Below, piece after piece: positions 1-9,609 of a stretch of DNA of 64,000 bases. The notes under the pieces are model-generated. The model did not search any database and was not told the origin of the DNA. It saw only the letters and a program-made list of their open reading frames with translations. Location of the stretch: positions 320,001 to 384,000 of the forward strand of contig CBDBZU010000004.1 in assembly GCA_965213625.1 (NCBI GenBank), read 5' to 3'. Source of the stretch: a bacterium. Its GTDB lineage: Bacteria > UBA8248. Each line of letters begins with the position of its first letter. The first letter of the stretch is position 1. The translations under genes and the position numbers were made by a program.

Positions 1-1
1 C

Positions 2-262
2 TTGAATATGGACCTGACGTCTGTCGAATCACTTGATGTGTCGTTCACTGGCTTGCGCCGGACCGATGACGCTCGCGGGACCCACAATATCCCGAATCTG
101 GACTACACGCTTGTGCGAATCGGAACAACCTTGGTCGACGCACGTGGTACCGTAGCCGCCAACTTCTACGCCGTTGACTCGGATCCTGGCGGCGCTGTCG
201 CTGGCAAGCTTCATGATGACACGCAGAACCTGATGGGGGCCTTTGGGGCGCTTCGCGATTAA
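2..262 (+). CDS. 3' end of a TbpB/solute-binding-like beta-barrel surface lipoprotein (truncated by window edge)
   Basis: C-terminus GTVAANFY...VAGKL...LMGAFGA resembles the barrel end of the next gene (VGVFGA). Confidence 0.5.
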   Translation: MNMDLTSVESLDVSFTGLRRTDDARGTHNIPNLDYTLVRIGTTLVDARGTVAANFYAVDSDPGGAVAGKLHDDTQNLMGAFGALRD

Positions 263-452
263 TTGGTGGTTAAATTGGGGATGGATACAACTCATTTATT
301 GACTTGAGCGCACAGAGCGGAGGATTGGTCACCCTATCAGGAAGAGAAAAAGATGGAATAGAAGCAGGGCTTGTCGAACTGATCAGTAGTGGCGTCTCCG
401 ATGAGTCGCCCAACATAAATTTCCGCTCACCTGAATTGAGGAGGAATCGCCA

Positions 453-1781
453 ATGTCCGATTTGAAACACATTCTTGCTTTTACAGTTGCCGCATCCTTT
501 GCACTACTCCTGGCCGGATGTGGCGGTGGCGACAACAACAAGGCACAGCCTCCTGCCCAAATGCCGCCGACTACCGGTACCGTAACCGAATTCGCCGGTT
601 TGAATCCCACAAACGCCGACTACGCGGCGACTGCCGCTAGCAGAGCCGCTGATGCCAGACCCCGCTCGGGCAGTATCACACAGTCATCGAACGTCAATAA
701 CGGCATCACGGTGGATCGCGTATCGGTGACGGCTCAGCATGGAGCTGGCCGGAACAACTACTCGATTCACAACGGGTCATCGTGGTCCATCAGCACAAGC
801 GACGGCAATCCCGTAACGATTTCCGCTAACGCACCATTCGATGGCCAGGAACTGTACAAGCGCATCAATGGGGGCATACTCTACGTCGATGTCTATTCCG
901 ATATCGAGGCGCCCAAAACTACTACCATCACCACGACGATGCCCGGTCAGCCCCAGGATGTCGGGTCCGGAGACCGAATAGTAGGTCTTTCCTGCTTGGG
1001 ACCGAGTTGTGCGGCGGACTCTCAAGAAGGGACACTGAATGGCGTAAGCGGTACGTTCAGCTGCCCTTCCGGTTGCAGCATTCAATTCGGAGGATTGTCA
1101 CTCTCTAGTGGCAGCAACATTTCCTTTCAGGGAGCCACATTCAATGGCCTGGTAGTCGGAGAGGACGAATTTAGGGTCACTTCCGCGACAGGCATAACGT
1201 TTACGCCAGCGCAATCGACACAGCCGTCTGAGCAGACGACTCCCGACACAGACTATCTGGCGGGTGGTGTCTGGCTGTTCGTACCCGACGACGCGACGAG
1301 CGCCGACGATGTAGTGATCGGAGCCTTCGGGGATGGCAACGACCCGTTCGACCAGAACAACCTGATGGCGGTGCAAGGCTCGGCGGACTATGTCGGTTTG
1401 GCGACAGGCGTCTACGCGGACAAATTAGAAAATGAAGTCGGATATTGGGGCGGCAACGTGACCCTGACGGCTGACTTCGGGGGGCGAAGCGACCTGGGAT
1501 CGATTAGCGGTACGATCACTGGCATCGAAGCAGACGGCGAAAGCCAATCAGGCTCCGTGAGCCTGGGTCGGGCCAATATCGGGTCTTCGAACAGCGGTTT
1601 CTTTGAGGGGCAGTTGAGCGGCGCCGTCAACGGGAGCGGTTTGACCGGCCGATGGGGCGGACAGTTCTTCGGAAACAGCGAGACGGACGGCAAGCCCGGG
1701 TCCATCGGCGGGACGCTGGGCGCACGATCTCAAGACCACAGCCTGAGCTTCGTGGGAGTCTTCGGCGCCTACAAGCAGTGA
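453..1781 (+). CDS. Surface lipoprotein with C-terminal transferrin-binding-protein-like beta-barrel
   Basis: RBS gaggagg, lipobox LAGC then GGG linker; VTLTADFG, GRWGGQFFG, GTLGA and FVGVFGA barrel strands. Confidence 0.7.
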   Translation: MSDLKHILAFTVAASFALLLAGCGGGDNNKAQPPAQMPPTTGTVTEFAGLNPTNADYAATAASRAADARPRSGSITQSSNVNNGITVDRVSVTAQHGAGRNNYSIHNGSSWSISTSDGNPVTISANAPFDGQELYKRINGGILYVDVYSDIEAPKTTTITTTMPGQPQDVGSGDRIVGLSCLGPSCAADSQEGTLNGVSGTFSCPSGCSIQFGGLSLSSGSNISFQGATFNGLVVGEDEFRVTSATGITFTPAQSTQPSEQTTPDTDYLAGGVWLFVPDDATSADDVVIGAFGDGNDPFDQNNLMAVQGSADYVGLATGVYADKLENEVGYWGGNVTLTADFGGRSDLGSISGTITGIEADGESQSGSVSLGRANIGSSNSGFFEGQLSGAVNGSGLTGRWGGQFFGNSETDGKPGSIGGTLGARSQDHSLSFVGVFGAYKQ

Positions 1782-1804
1782 TGGACTAGCACGTTCGCCT
1801 TCTA

Positions 1805-2388
1805 GCGCACCCAGCAACGCTCGCCACTGATTTCTGCGTTTGTGGAACGACTCACGACGCTGCACCGTGAGCGCAAGCGAATGGCGAGATTGCTGATCAA
1901 GGACGTCACCCTGGCCAAGGGCGAAGAGTTGCTCTTGGGAGTGCGTCTGCGCTCCGGCGCCGGAGCGGCCCGCGCATGAAGTTTACAAAACCCCCGGCGA
2001 AGTCTTTGCCGAGATCGACAGATTGCTCGAAGACCACACTGACCCCGAGATCGCGACAATCCTCAATGAGCGAGATTACCGGAGCGGATACGGCCACGCC
2101 TTCCACAAGGGGATAGTCTGGAAGATCCGCACCAACCATGCCCTGAGGTCGCGCTATGAGCGCCTGCGGTTACGCGGGCTGTTGCCCATCGAAGAGATCG
2201 CTGAACTGCTCACCGTCTCGACATGGGCAATCAAGAAATGGCGCGCAAGCGCGAGTTTTTTACACGGACACGCCTATAACGATAAACCCTGCCGCCTGTA
2301 CGATCTTCCGGAGTATCCGCCGATCAAACGAGAGGGGGCAGTATCTCGCGACAGCTTCTGCGAACGTCGGTGGTGTAACCATGTGTAA
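1805..2388 (+). pseudogene. C-terminal relic of a large serine recombinase-family gene
   Basis: Broken frames give ERKRMARLLIKDVTL and DHTDPEIATILNERDYRSG...RSRYERLRLRGLL...EIAELL...GHAYNDK; no catalytic N-terminus. Confidence 0.55.
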
Positions 2389-2825
2389 CATTCGGTAATA
2401 AGGTGATGGAGGTTGGCCAAGCGTGGGTACAAACAGAGCACACTACACAAAATCAACAAACGCATCTAGTATCGGTGATGACCCAAATGATTGAAGAAAA
2501 TCATTACTGCTAAAACAATCGTGAAACCATCAAGAGCACAGAATATAAAACCGAAATATCATCTTGTTTAATACTCGCCAACTTCTTCCTCGTTAAGTCA
2601 ATAGGACTTGCCCGATATCGTATCATCCAGGATTGTGTGTGTTGTGAGAAATCGCATTCCGAGAGAGGCAAACATCGCTACCTATATGGCTCAGGAGCCA
2701 AAGGGACTGAACACCGGTCGATCGAACTTTTTAGCAAACTACGAAACACGATCGTAAATTTCTCCTTAGAAACTTCAAATCTTTACACCATTACTAATTG
2801 TGGGATGATGTCCACGCCGGATAGA

Positions 2826-3127
2826 TCAATTCGGCTGGTTTGTCGCTAATCTGCCCGGTAATTCCGGCATGACTTGGGAATTATTCCTGCTGATTTTCTT
2901 TCCTCCGCGAGCTTCCATGTCACGCATAATGGCCTGCGCAGTGAACATTGCCGAACGCAAGAGGTGGGTATCCGCCTCCGTGCGGGGCCATTCGCGGTGC
3001 TCTAGGGCTTCCATCACGAACTCTACCACTGTCGGTTGGGCGACATTTCGCGCTTTTCGGCCTCATTTTCAATTCGTTTCCACTGCTCGGACGTGAAGCG
3101 GATGTTCTTCTGTGTTGTCTGCGCCAT
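2826..3127 (-). pseudogene. Small ribbon-helix-helix-like protein, frameshifted
   Basis: ATG at 3127 gives MAQTTQKNIRFTSEQWKRIENEAEKREMSPNR; a frameshift near 3030 continues as VVEFVMEALEHREWPRTEAD. Confidence 0.5.
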
Positions 3128-3262
3128 TTGTTTTGCCGCTCCTATCGTGAATGTTTTCATCGATTCAGGTCGCAAAATGAACGCAAAATTCCAGTTTTAC
3201 TTTTAGGCCGAACACACTCGTCGCGAACCAGGAAGGTCTCGAATTGGTGCTGGAACTCGACA

Positions 3263-3417
3263 ATACCAAATCGGTATCCATCATAGCGCAGCGCGTGTCT
3301 GGATGCTACCAATTTGGTATCCAGTAGGAAATCCCCGTATTACGCCGAGTTACAATGAGCATACGCCACCTTTAAATGCAGGGATTTCAAGGGGTTCGTG
3401 TGCTACCAGATTGGTAT
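3263..3417. promoter_or_regulatory. Three imperfect palindromic boxes TACCA-N3/4-GGTAT
   Basis: ATACCAAATCGGTAT 3263-3277, TGCTACCAATTTGGTAT 3304-3320, TGCTACCAGATTGGTAT 3401-3417. Confidence 0.6.
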
Positions 3418-3853
3418 TGCTTTTCCGGTGTGAAGGAGGGGGTATTTAGCGTCGTTTGCGCAAGGAACTGCATGCCGGGCGCGCGCCTGTCCTGCACCTG
3501 CACCGAGGTGCGTTCCGGTGTGCTGAAAGAAGCGCCGAAGGGCGGCAAGCGTAGGGATCTTCGGGGATGCGAGTCGGGGGAATTTTGCCGGCGAGATTGG
3601 CGAGCGGGAGCGGTCGCGGCGATTGAGCGGGAAGAAGCGAGAGGCAAGAGAGTGTGAGAGCGCTGGAACTTGTACTTCCCATCACAAGCGAGAGGCGTAC
3701 GGAGACGCGGGTCTTGCGCATCGAATCATAAGCGGCGGGCGAGCAGGACGCATTAGCTTGTGTTTTTTTCACAAGCAGACGGACGACACGGGAGGTGAAG
3801 GGCCGCGCCGCCATGTTGACGGGAATGGCGACGCGACCCGTTGAGCGTTCGCA

Positions 3854-4807
3854 TCAGGCGACGATTTTCTGGACGGGGATGCCGAGGGTTTTAGCTTTGT
3901 CGACGAGGTTGTCGGTGATGCCCGAGCCGGGGAACGCGATCACGCCCTTTGGCAGGAGAGCGAGCAGCTCGTCGTTGCGCCTGAAGGGAGCGGCCCGTCC
4001 ATGCGCTTCCCAGTCCGGCTTGCATACCACCTGATGAACGCCGTTTCGCTCGGCCCATCCCGCCGCTATCTTCTCCGCACCCGGGCCGCCACCGTGGACG
4101 AGGACGACGTCGGCGTACTTGGCCTTGACCTTGTCGAGGTGGCCGATGATTTTGCCCGCATCGTTCGCCTCCTTCCCGCCCGCGACGGCGACGAGGGTTC
4201 CCTGGGGCAAGTGGGCGGTGTTCGCGCGGTCTTTTCTGGCGCGCTGGAAGTCGCGCGCCTCAATGACGGCGGAGGTGAGCTTGCCGGTCTGTGAGACGTG
4301 GGAACCTCGCCTCGGCCGCCATACCTCGCCGGTCTCGATGCGGTAGGCCTCTGCGGCCGTGTCCCTGAGTCCCTCGAACGCATCGCGCCTGTCATTCAAG
4401 TTCTGTGCGCGGTCGGTCTTGAGTTCGAGTTCGCGCGATCTGATCTCGGAGCCGTCCTGCTCGCGCTGGAGTTCGCGGATGCCGGGGATGAGTCTGTCGG
4501 CGGCGCGGTCGAGCCGCTGTGTCTGGGCGTCGAGGGCGTTGACGAAGCCCCAGAGGAGGCTCGCCCGCTCGTCGGCGAGTTGGGTGCCGTCGGGTGCTGC
4601 TTCCGCGAGCGCGCCGAAGGCCCTGATGACGGCGGCGGTTGCCTCGCCCTCGTCCCACACGGGGCGGTTGTCGAACTCGTCCGGCCCAGGCGTTGCGCCG
4701 AACAGGGCGGCCTGTTCGCAGACCATGGCGGTGAAGGATTCGTTCTGCGCTTCGTGTTCCGTGTGCTCGTGCATGATCATCTCCTTGTGGTCGTGTGTAG
4801 CGGTCAT
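3854..4807 (-). CDS. DUF2493 (YspA-like SLOG) domain protein
   Basis: C-terminal VAVAGG...VLVHGGGPGAEKIAAGWA...GRAAPFRRNDELL...VIAFPGSGIT; helical N-terminus as in mobile-element DUF2493 proteins. Confidence 0.8.
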   Translation of the reverse strand: MTATHDHKEMIMHEHTEHEAQNESFTAMVCEQAALFGATPGPDEFDNRPVWDEGEATAAVIRAFGALAEAAPDGTQLADERASLLWGFVNALDAQTQRLDRAADRLIPGIRELQREQDGSEIRSRELELKTDRAQNLNDRRDAFEGLRDTAAEAYRIETGEVWRPRRGSHVSQTGKLTSAVIEARDFQRARKDRANTAHLPQGTLVAVAGGKEANDAGKIIGHLDKVKAKYADVVLVHGGGPGAEKIAAGWAERNGVHQVVCKPDWEAHGRAAPFRRNDELLALLPKGVIAFPGSGITDNLVDKAKTLGIPVQKIVA

Positions 4808-4828
4808 CGTTCACTCCTTCGGTTGTCC

Positions 4829-5200
4829 TCAAGCGAGGGGATGGTTGAATTCAGGAAGAGCGTAGCCACGCTCGTTGCGCCCCACTTCCCTGGGCATCTC
4901 GTCGAGATATTTGGCTGCCCACTCGGCGGCGCGCGCGAGTACGTCGCCGTGGCACGGGAGGGGATGGCAGTGGCAACCGAGTTCGCAGCCTTGGAGGTCG
5001 GCGAGTTCGTGGAGGTCCAGTTCCTGGCGCTGGATTTTTTCCCACAGCCATTGGCGGTATTTTTCGATGACGGCGTCGCGGTCGCCGTCGGGGCCGACAC
5101 GGAAGGGATTTCCCCACTTCGTCATGCGGTCGATCCTCACCAGCAAGCCGCTGCCGGGTTCATCGACATATGTGTTCAGGTTCACCACGGTGGTATCCAT
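4829..5200 (-). CDS. DUF4326 domain protein
   Basis: IDRMTKWGNPF...DRDAVIEKYRQWL...LGCHCHPLPCHGDVL; RBS aaggag. Confidence 0.85.
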   Translation of the reverse strand: MDTTVVNLNTYVDEPGSGLLVRIDRMTKWGNPFRVGPDGDRDAVIEKYRQWLWEKIQRQELDLHELADLQGCELGCHCHPLPCHGDVLARAAEWAAKYLDEMPREVGRNERGYALPEFNHPLA

Positions 5201-5235
5201 GCCTTTCTCCTTTCGAGAGAGTTAACGGATGCGCT

Positions 5236-5438
5236 TCTTGGCGCCTCATTTTCAGCACGTAAGGGCATCGGGTGGTGTTGCCGATGCCCGTAGGCGGGCG
5301 AATCAAGGGCCTGTCATTTTCCGGGGGGTTCCCGAAAAACACGTTTCATCGTTTTTTGGGGGGGTACCGGCAAATGATGGCCGCTTGCGGCCACCCTTTA
5401 TTCGCCCGGCGTTCGTGCTAAAATGAGGACGCTAAGAG
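5236..5438 (-). promoter_or_regulatory. Long fold-back, candidate Frpo-type ssDNA promoter for DUF4326-DUF2493
   Basis: Arm 5236-5310 pairs with arm 5394-5438; the right arm reads TTTATT-N16-TAAAAT with a TG extended -10. Confidence 0.6.
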
Positions 5439-5760
5439 AGAGACACCAGTACCGCCACCGGGACACAAGAGCTTCTGGGTGTTTCACGATGAAGGCGAAG
5501 CTCATCGGGAAACAATCTCTCATGCTGCGGAAAGGGTCATTTCGGGCCGTTTTTTCCGGCCCGAAATTCCCGCAGCGGGGGGTGGACCGAGCCACTGTCT
5601 TGAGCATGGAATGATTACAGGCGCATGCCGATCTTCCGTGAACATGGTTCATCGTTCACGGAACCGGAGATTCTTCAGGAGTTCCCTGTAGACGAGAGAA
5701 GCAGGCAGGGCGGGAAAGGCGCGGGCGCTTCGGCGGTGGACTTCCTCTGGATAACGAGCG

Positions 5761-5790
5761 AAAAAAAAGGCCGACGCCGAAGCGCCGGCC
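5761..5790 (-). terminator. Rho-independent terminator after ssb
   Basis: Minus strand ggccggcgc-ttcg-gcgtcggcc followed by T8. Confidence 0.8.
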
Positions 5791-5800
5791 CTTGAAGCAC

Positions 5801-6235
5801 TCAAAATGGGATGTCTTCCCCGACTACGCCTGCGGGCACCGCCGCCGCCTCGGCGTGTGCGCCGTTGCCATTCCCGTTCCCGTTCACCTTGTCCAGGAAC
5901 TGCACCCGCCCGCCGGGTGCTACGAGGATCTCGGTCGAGAACCGGTCCGAGTCCTCCTCGTCCTTCTTCCATCGGCGGGTCTGGAGTTTGCCCGCGACGT
6001 AGACCAGGCGGCCCTTTTTCGCGTGCCGCTCGAACATGTCCACCAGGCCGGGCTGGAAGGTCACGACCCGGTGCCACTCCACCTTCTCCACCCGATCACC
6101 CGTCTGTTTGTCCACGTAGCCCTCGTCGGTGGCGATGGATAGATTCGCGACGCGCCCCCCGCTCGCGAGATGATTGATGGTGACGTCGGCGCCGAGACGC
6201 CCGATCAGTTCCGCACGGTTCAGTCCGAATGCCAT
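5801..6235 (-). CDS. ssb: Single-stranded DNA-binding protein
   Basis: LNRAELIGRLGAD, EWHRVV, VYVAGKLQTRRW, acidic tail EDIPF; RBS aaggag. Confidence 0.95.
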   Translation of the reverse strand: MAFGLNRAELIGRLGADVTINHLASGGRVANLSIATDEGYVDKQTGDRVEKVEWHRVVTFQPGLVDMFERHAKKGRLVYVAGKLQTRRWKKDEEDSDRFSTEILVAPGGRVQFLDKVNGNGNGNGAHAEAAAVPAGVVGEDIPF

Positions 6236-6312
6236 GGTGATTCTCCTTCGTGGTGTGAGTGTGAAAAAGTGACGGGAGGGAGAGAGCCTTTCTCTCACCC
6301 CCCCGGTTCGCC

Positions 6313-6447
6313 CTAGACGCTACAGAACTCCTCCGTCTCGCCTTGCGCCTCGTCGCGCAGCTTGCGGATCGTGTACGCGTCGAGTCCGAGTTCTGCGAGC
6401 AGTTCGTCTGTGCTGGGAACGTCGACGTCGTAGTCGTTCTCGTACAT
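6313..6447 (-). CDS. 44-aa acidic protein (below ORF-track cutoff)
   Basis: RBS gaggagg, then MYENDYDVDVPSTDELLAELGLDAYTIRKLRDEAQGETEEFCSV-stop, upstream of ssb. Confidence 0.6.
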   Translation of the reverse strand: MYENDYDVDVPSTDELLAELGLDAYTIRKLRDEAQGETEEFCSV

Positions 6448-6633
6448 GGCCGTGCCTCCTCTCGGGTTGTCGCCGGCGGCGGGAGCTGGAGACCGTCTCC
6501 CTCTCCCTACCGGGCATTTGCCCGGCTCTCCGCTTCGCTCTGCCTCTCCAACGGAGGGCCACGACCGGTGAGGGATGCTCGCAGACCACGAGCCGGAACT
6601 TGCGTCCGGTCCGGAATTCGTGTCAGATGGGGC

Positions 6634-6993
6634 ATGGACAACCGCAGACGCATCAGGCGGTGCGGCTTATGGGCGCTGGCGCTCCTGTGGCTGCCGCTCG
6701 GGGTGTTCGTGACCGCCGCCGTGCTCTTCTTGACGGCGCCCGAGGCTTGGACGCCGATGCTGCCGTCCTCGGCGCTGTCCCTGGCGCCGTGCGGTCTGTC
6801 CCTCGCCCTGGCTTGCCGACAGCTTTGGATGCTGGGTTACCGCCTGTCCGCCTGGGCGATGGGGGCGGGGCTCGGCGCGGTGACGGCGCTGCTGGTGGCG
6901 GGACTGTCCGGCCCGCTCGCGATAGCCGCCTGGGCGGTCGTGCTCAGCCTCCCGGCCTGGATGATGTGGTGGTGGCTCGCCGGGCGGAACTGA
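6634..6993 (+). CDS. Hypothetical membrane protein (about 4 TM)
   Basis: Hydrophobic Leu/Ala/Trp-rich segments. Confidence 0.55.
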   Translation: MDNRRRIRRCGLWALALLWLPLGVFVTAAVLFLTAPEAWTPMLPSSALSLAPCGLSLALACRQLWMLGYRLSAWAMGAGLGAVTALLVAGLSGPLAIAAWAVVLSLPAWMMWWWLAGRN

Positions 6994-7062
6994 AGCCGGC
7001 CAGCGCCGGGCCGGCTGCGGAGCAGAGCGAGCGGCGATCCCTCCCTCCCCGCTCGGTTCCGG

Positions 7063-7365
7063 TCCGCCGTCGGGCGGGCGCTCGAGTCCCTGCTCGATAC
7101 CGTGACCCGTTCCCTGAAGGAAGGGGAGCGCGTTTCCCTCGCCGGATTCGGCACGTTTTCCGTATCGAGGCGGGCCGCGCGCAATGGCCATAACCCCCGG
7201 ACCGGCGAGAGGGTCGCGATCAAGGCGCGCAATGCGCCGAGGATCTCGGCGGCCAATGGCCTCAGGGACGCGGTAAAAAAAACGCAGGGGATCGCAAGAG
7301 AAGGCCCCGGCCATACGCATGGGGGCCGGCGGCACGTGCCCGGCGACCCGCCGGAGGGCTTCTAG
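7063..7365 (+). pseudogene. HU/IHF-family DNA-binding protein lacking its N-terminus
   Basis: GRALESLLDTVTRSLKEGERVSLAGFGTFSV..RAARNGHNPRTGE; first helix and start codon absent. Confidence 0.75.
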
Positions 7366-8171
7366 TACCCCGTCATGCTCGACATGAGAGGCTTGTCTGA
7401 CAGGACCTCGACTTCTTCCCGGGAGAGCCTTTCGAAGGCGAGGCACATGGCGACTTCTTCCCAGGAGTCCCAAGGACCGTGCTCGGCGCCCGTGGCGAGT
7501 TCAACCACGGTGTAGCGCGTCGGATGGATGGGCATTCCCTTGTGCTCGCCCGAGGAGAAATACGATCGGCGGGCGCAACACTCGCATCTCGCGGCTCCGT
7601 TCGCCGGTTCGGCGCAGTCCACGCAAAGCGACCGGGCCCGCCTGTCGGCGTACCGCACCCGGCTCGCGGCGTTCTTTCGCGGACGGCGCCTTGAATCCCT
7701 TGCGGCGCACGAAGCGCAAGTAGAAGCGTTGTCGATGACTTCCGCCCCGCACCGTCCGCATCGCCCCCCGGCGCGCCTTTCGGCGTAGAGCTTCCTCTCG
7801 GCCGCCCGGCGATCTTCGCGGCAGGGCGCGCAGACCGCGCTCCCTTCGACGGGCGCCTGCCGTCCGCACATCGCACAGAGGCCCGCCTCGCGTCGTTCGC
7901 GCCTTCGCCTCCTGTTCCTCTCCCGCGCCATGCGCCGGCGGCTCTCGGGATCCCGCCCGCCATATCGAGTACCCTCTGATTTGGCTCTGGCGTATCGGGC
8001 TTGTTCGGACTTGCGTCCTCTCTCGAGGCAGTTCGCGCAGAGGCTTCGCCCGGGCGCGGGAGGATGTTTGCCGCACCTGGGGCACATGCCCCGCGCGCGG
8101 CGCTCGGCCGCCCGCCTCCTGTGGCGTTCGCGTTCTCTCTCGCGTCGAATAACCGGATCCTTGTAGGGCAT
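7362..8171 (-). CDS. Arg-rich protein with repeated CxxC..CxxC zinc-finger-like units
   Basis: MPYKDP start; four units (GMCPRCG..LCANC, GLCAMCG..VCAPC, GRCGRCG..TCASC, LCVDC..RCECC); RBS gaggg. Confidence 0.7.
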   Translation of the reverse strand: MPYKDPVIRRERERERHRRRAAERRARGMCPRCGKHPPAPGRSLCANCLERGRKSEQARYARAKSEGTRYGGRDPESRRRMARERNRRRRRERREAGLCAMCGRQAPVEGSAVCAPCREDRRAAERKLYAERRAGGRCGRCGAEVIDNASTCASCAARDSRRRPRKNAASRVRYADRRARSLCVDCAEPANGAARCECCARRSYFSSGEHKGMPIHPTRYTVVELATGAEHGPWDSWEEVAMCLAFERLSREEVEVLSDKPLMSSMTGY

Positions 8172-9286
8172 GCCGTCTCCCTCTCTGGGTGGATGGAATC
8201 CGTGCGGCCGGCGCCGGGCCGGGAACACTCACCGGCACAGCATCTTTCCCCAGACGAGGTTTTCGCCCCACAGTTGAAGCCCGCTATCGGGAACCTTGAG
8301 CCCCGTGCAGACGATGAGTTCGTCCCGCGCGGGCCGCATCTCCCGGACCGCCCGGCGCGAGGCGGTCGCGCGCTTGCTCCTGCGCCCGCCCTCCTCCCCG
8401 GCGGGCAGGGGCATGAGCTCGCCCCCTCCCGAGGATTTGTAGCGCCTGACCTCGTATCGATCATCCGCCAGGCCAAGGCCTGAGAGATGGGTGAGGAAGG
8501 TGTTCGCCGGTGGATTGGGTGTCTTGATCGCGTGAGCCTCCTTGCTGTGGGTGGTCGGGAAGGCGAAGAACGCTCTCCGGGCGCCCTTCCGCCACCCCCT
8601 GACGGCCCGGCTCCGCCTCTCGCCGGAGCGAGGCCCGGGGGAGATGCGCGATGAACGGCCGTCCGCGACCTACGGCGTTTCGTTTCGGGCGCGCGGCGAA
8701 AAAAAAGATCATACCCCCGCGCAACCTGTCGCATGCGAGGGCGCGTATGGCGAGAAAACGCAGGAAACTGGATATATAAAATCCTTGCAAACGGTTTTTT
8801 TTTGCTTATTTTGTCATAGATGCGGGCGACGCGAGCCCCCAACCGCATGACGCCGGAGGATCGGAGCGAAAGGTTCGAACGCAAAGGAAGAGACGCATAT
8901 GAAAGAAAGCGGCGGGAGTTGTCCGGCTTCACAGGAACACTGCCGCCCCAAAAGGCGAGGTACCGAAATTCCGCCATCTCGATTCCCAGGCGCATGGCCG
9001 GGCATCTTCGCGAATGGGGCCGTTGAAAAAGGACTGGGTCCGTGATTCGGCTCGTGGACACTTTACGCCCGGGAGGGGAGGTCCAGAGATACCGGGACGC
9101 AAGCAACCGGATTTGTTCTCGGCCGGTTCGCTTGAGGAGTTGATTTTCGAGGATCATGTATTGCCCGCGTGAACCTCATTCTCGATTCGGGTTGTCTGAG
9201 TGAGGCGCTGGTTCACCGGATTCGGTCCTGAGGAAAGGTTGTTGGAGCATTCACTGAAACCAATTTATCATTCGGAAATAACCTCC

Positions 9287-9315
9287 TTGCTTTTTGTATA
9301 TCGGGTCTCTATACT
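9287..9315 (+). promoter_or_regulatory. sigma70-like promoter of the TRAP operon
   Basis: TTGCTT-N17-TATACT. Confidence 0.6.
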
Positions 9316-9357
9316 CGCTTAATCACATATTTGAACTTTCCAGAACATTGAGGAGAC

Positions 9358-9567
9358 GTGAATTTGCTCCGTAATGGGCGTGTGTATCTTCTAGCCTCTC
9401 TTCTCTGTTTTTTCATCTTCAGCGCCAGCGTGGCGATTGGCGCGGCGGGGTTCGGCGCAGTGCTCGACGACGTGCCGGAGATGCTGACGCTGCTGGTCGC
9501 CGTGCTCCTGTTCGTTGCTGCCATTTTGATACTGGAAGCAGCGGATAATCGCAGCAACGACACCTGA
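9358..9567 (+). CDS. Small 2-TM membrane protein preceding the TRAP operon
   Basis: RBS gaggag, GTG start, two hydrophobic helices. Confidence 0.6.
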   Translation: MNLLRNGRVYLLASLLCFFIFSASVAIGAAGFGAVLDDVPEMLTLLVAVLLFVAAILILEAADNRSNDT

Positions 9568-9609
9568 TAGTCGTCTCAAGGCAACATCATTCAAAAAAGG
9601 GGAAGCAAC

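Noticed and set aside
3446-3814. Minus ORF with faint MobA/MobL relaxase-like words (SPAAYDS, LLPAQSP)
   Set aside because: No RBS, no HUH motif, too little similarity to call
7373-9157. 594-aa minus-strand ORF
   Set aside because: Alternate frame over the Cys-repeat gene and GC-rich non-coding DNA; no domain signal
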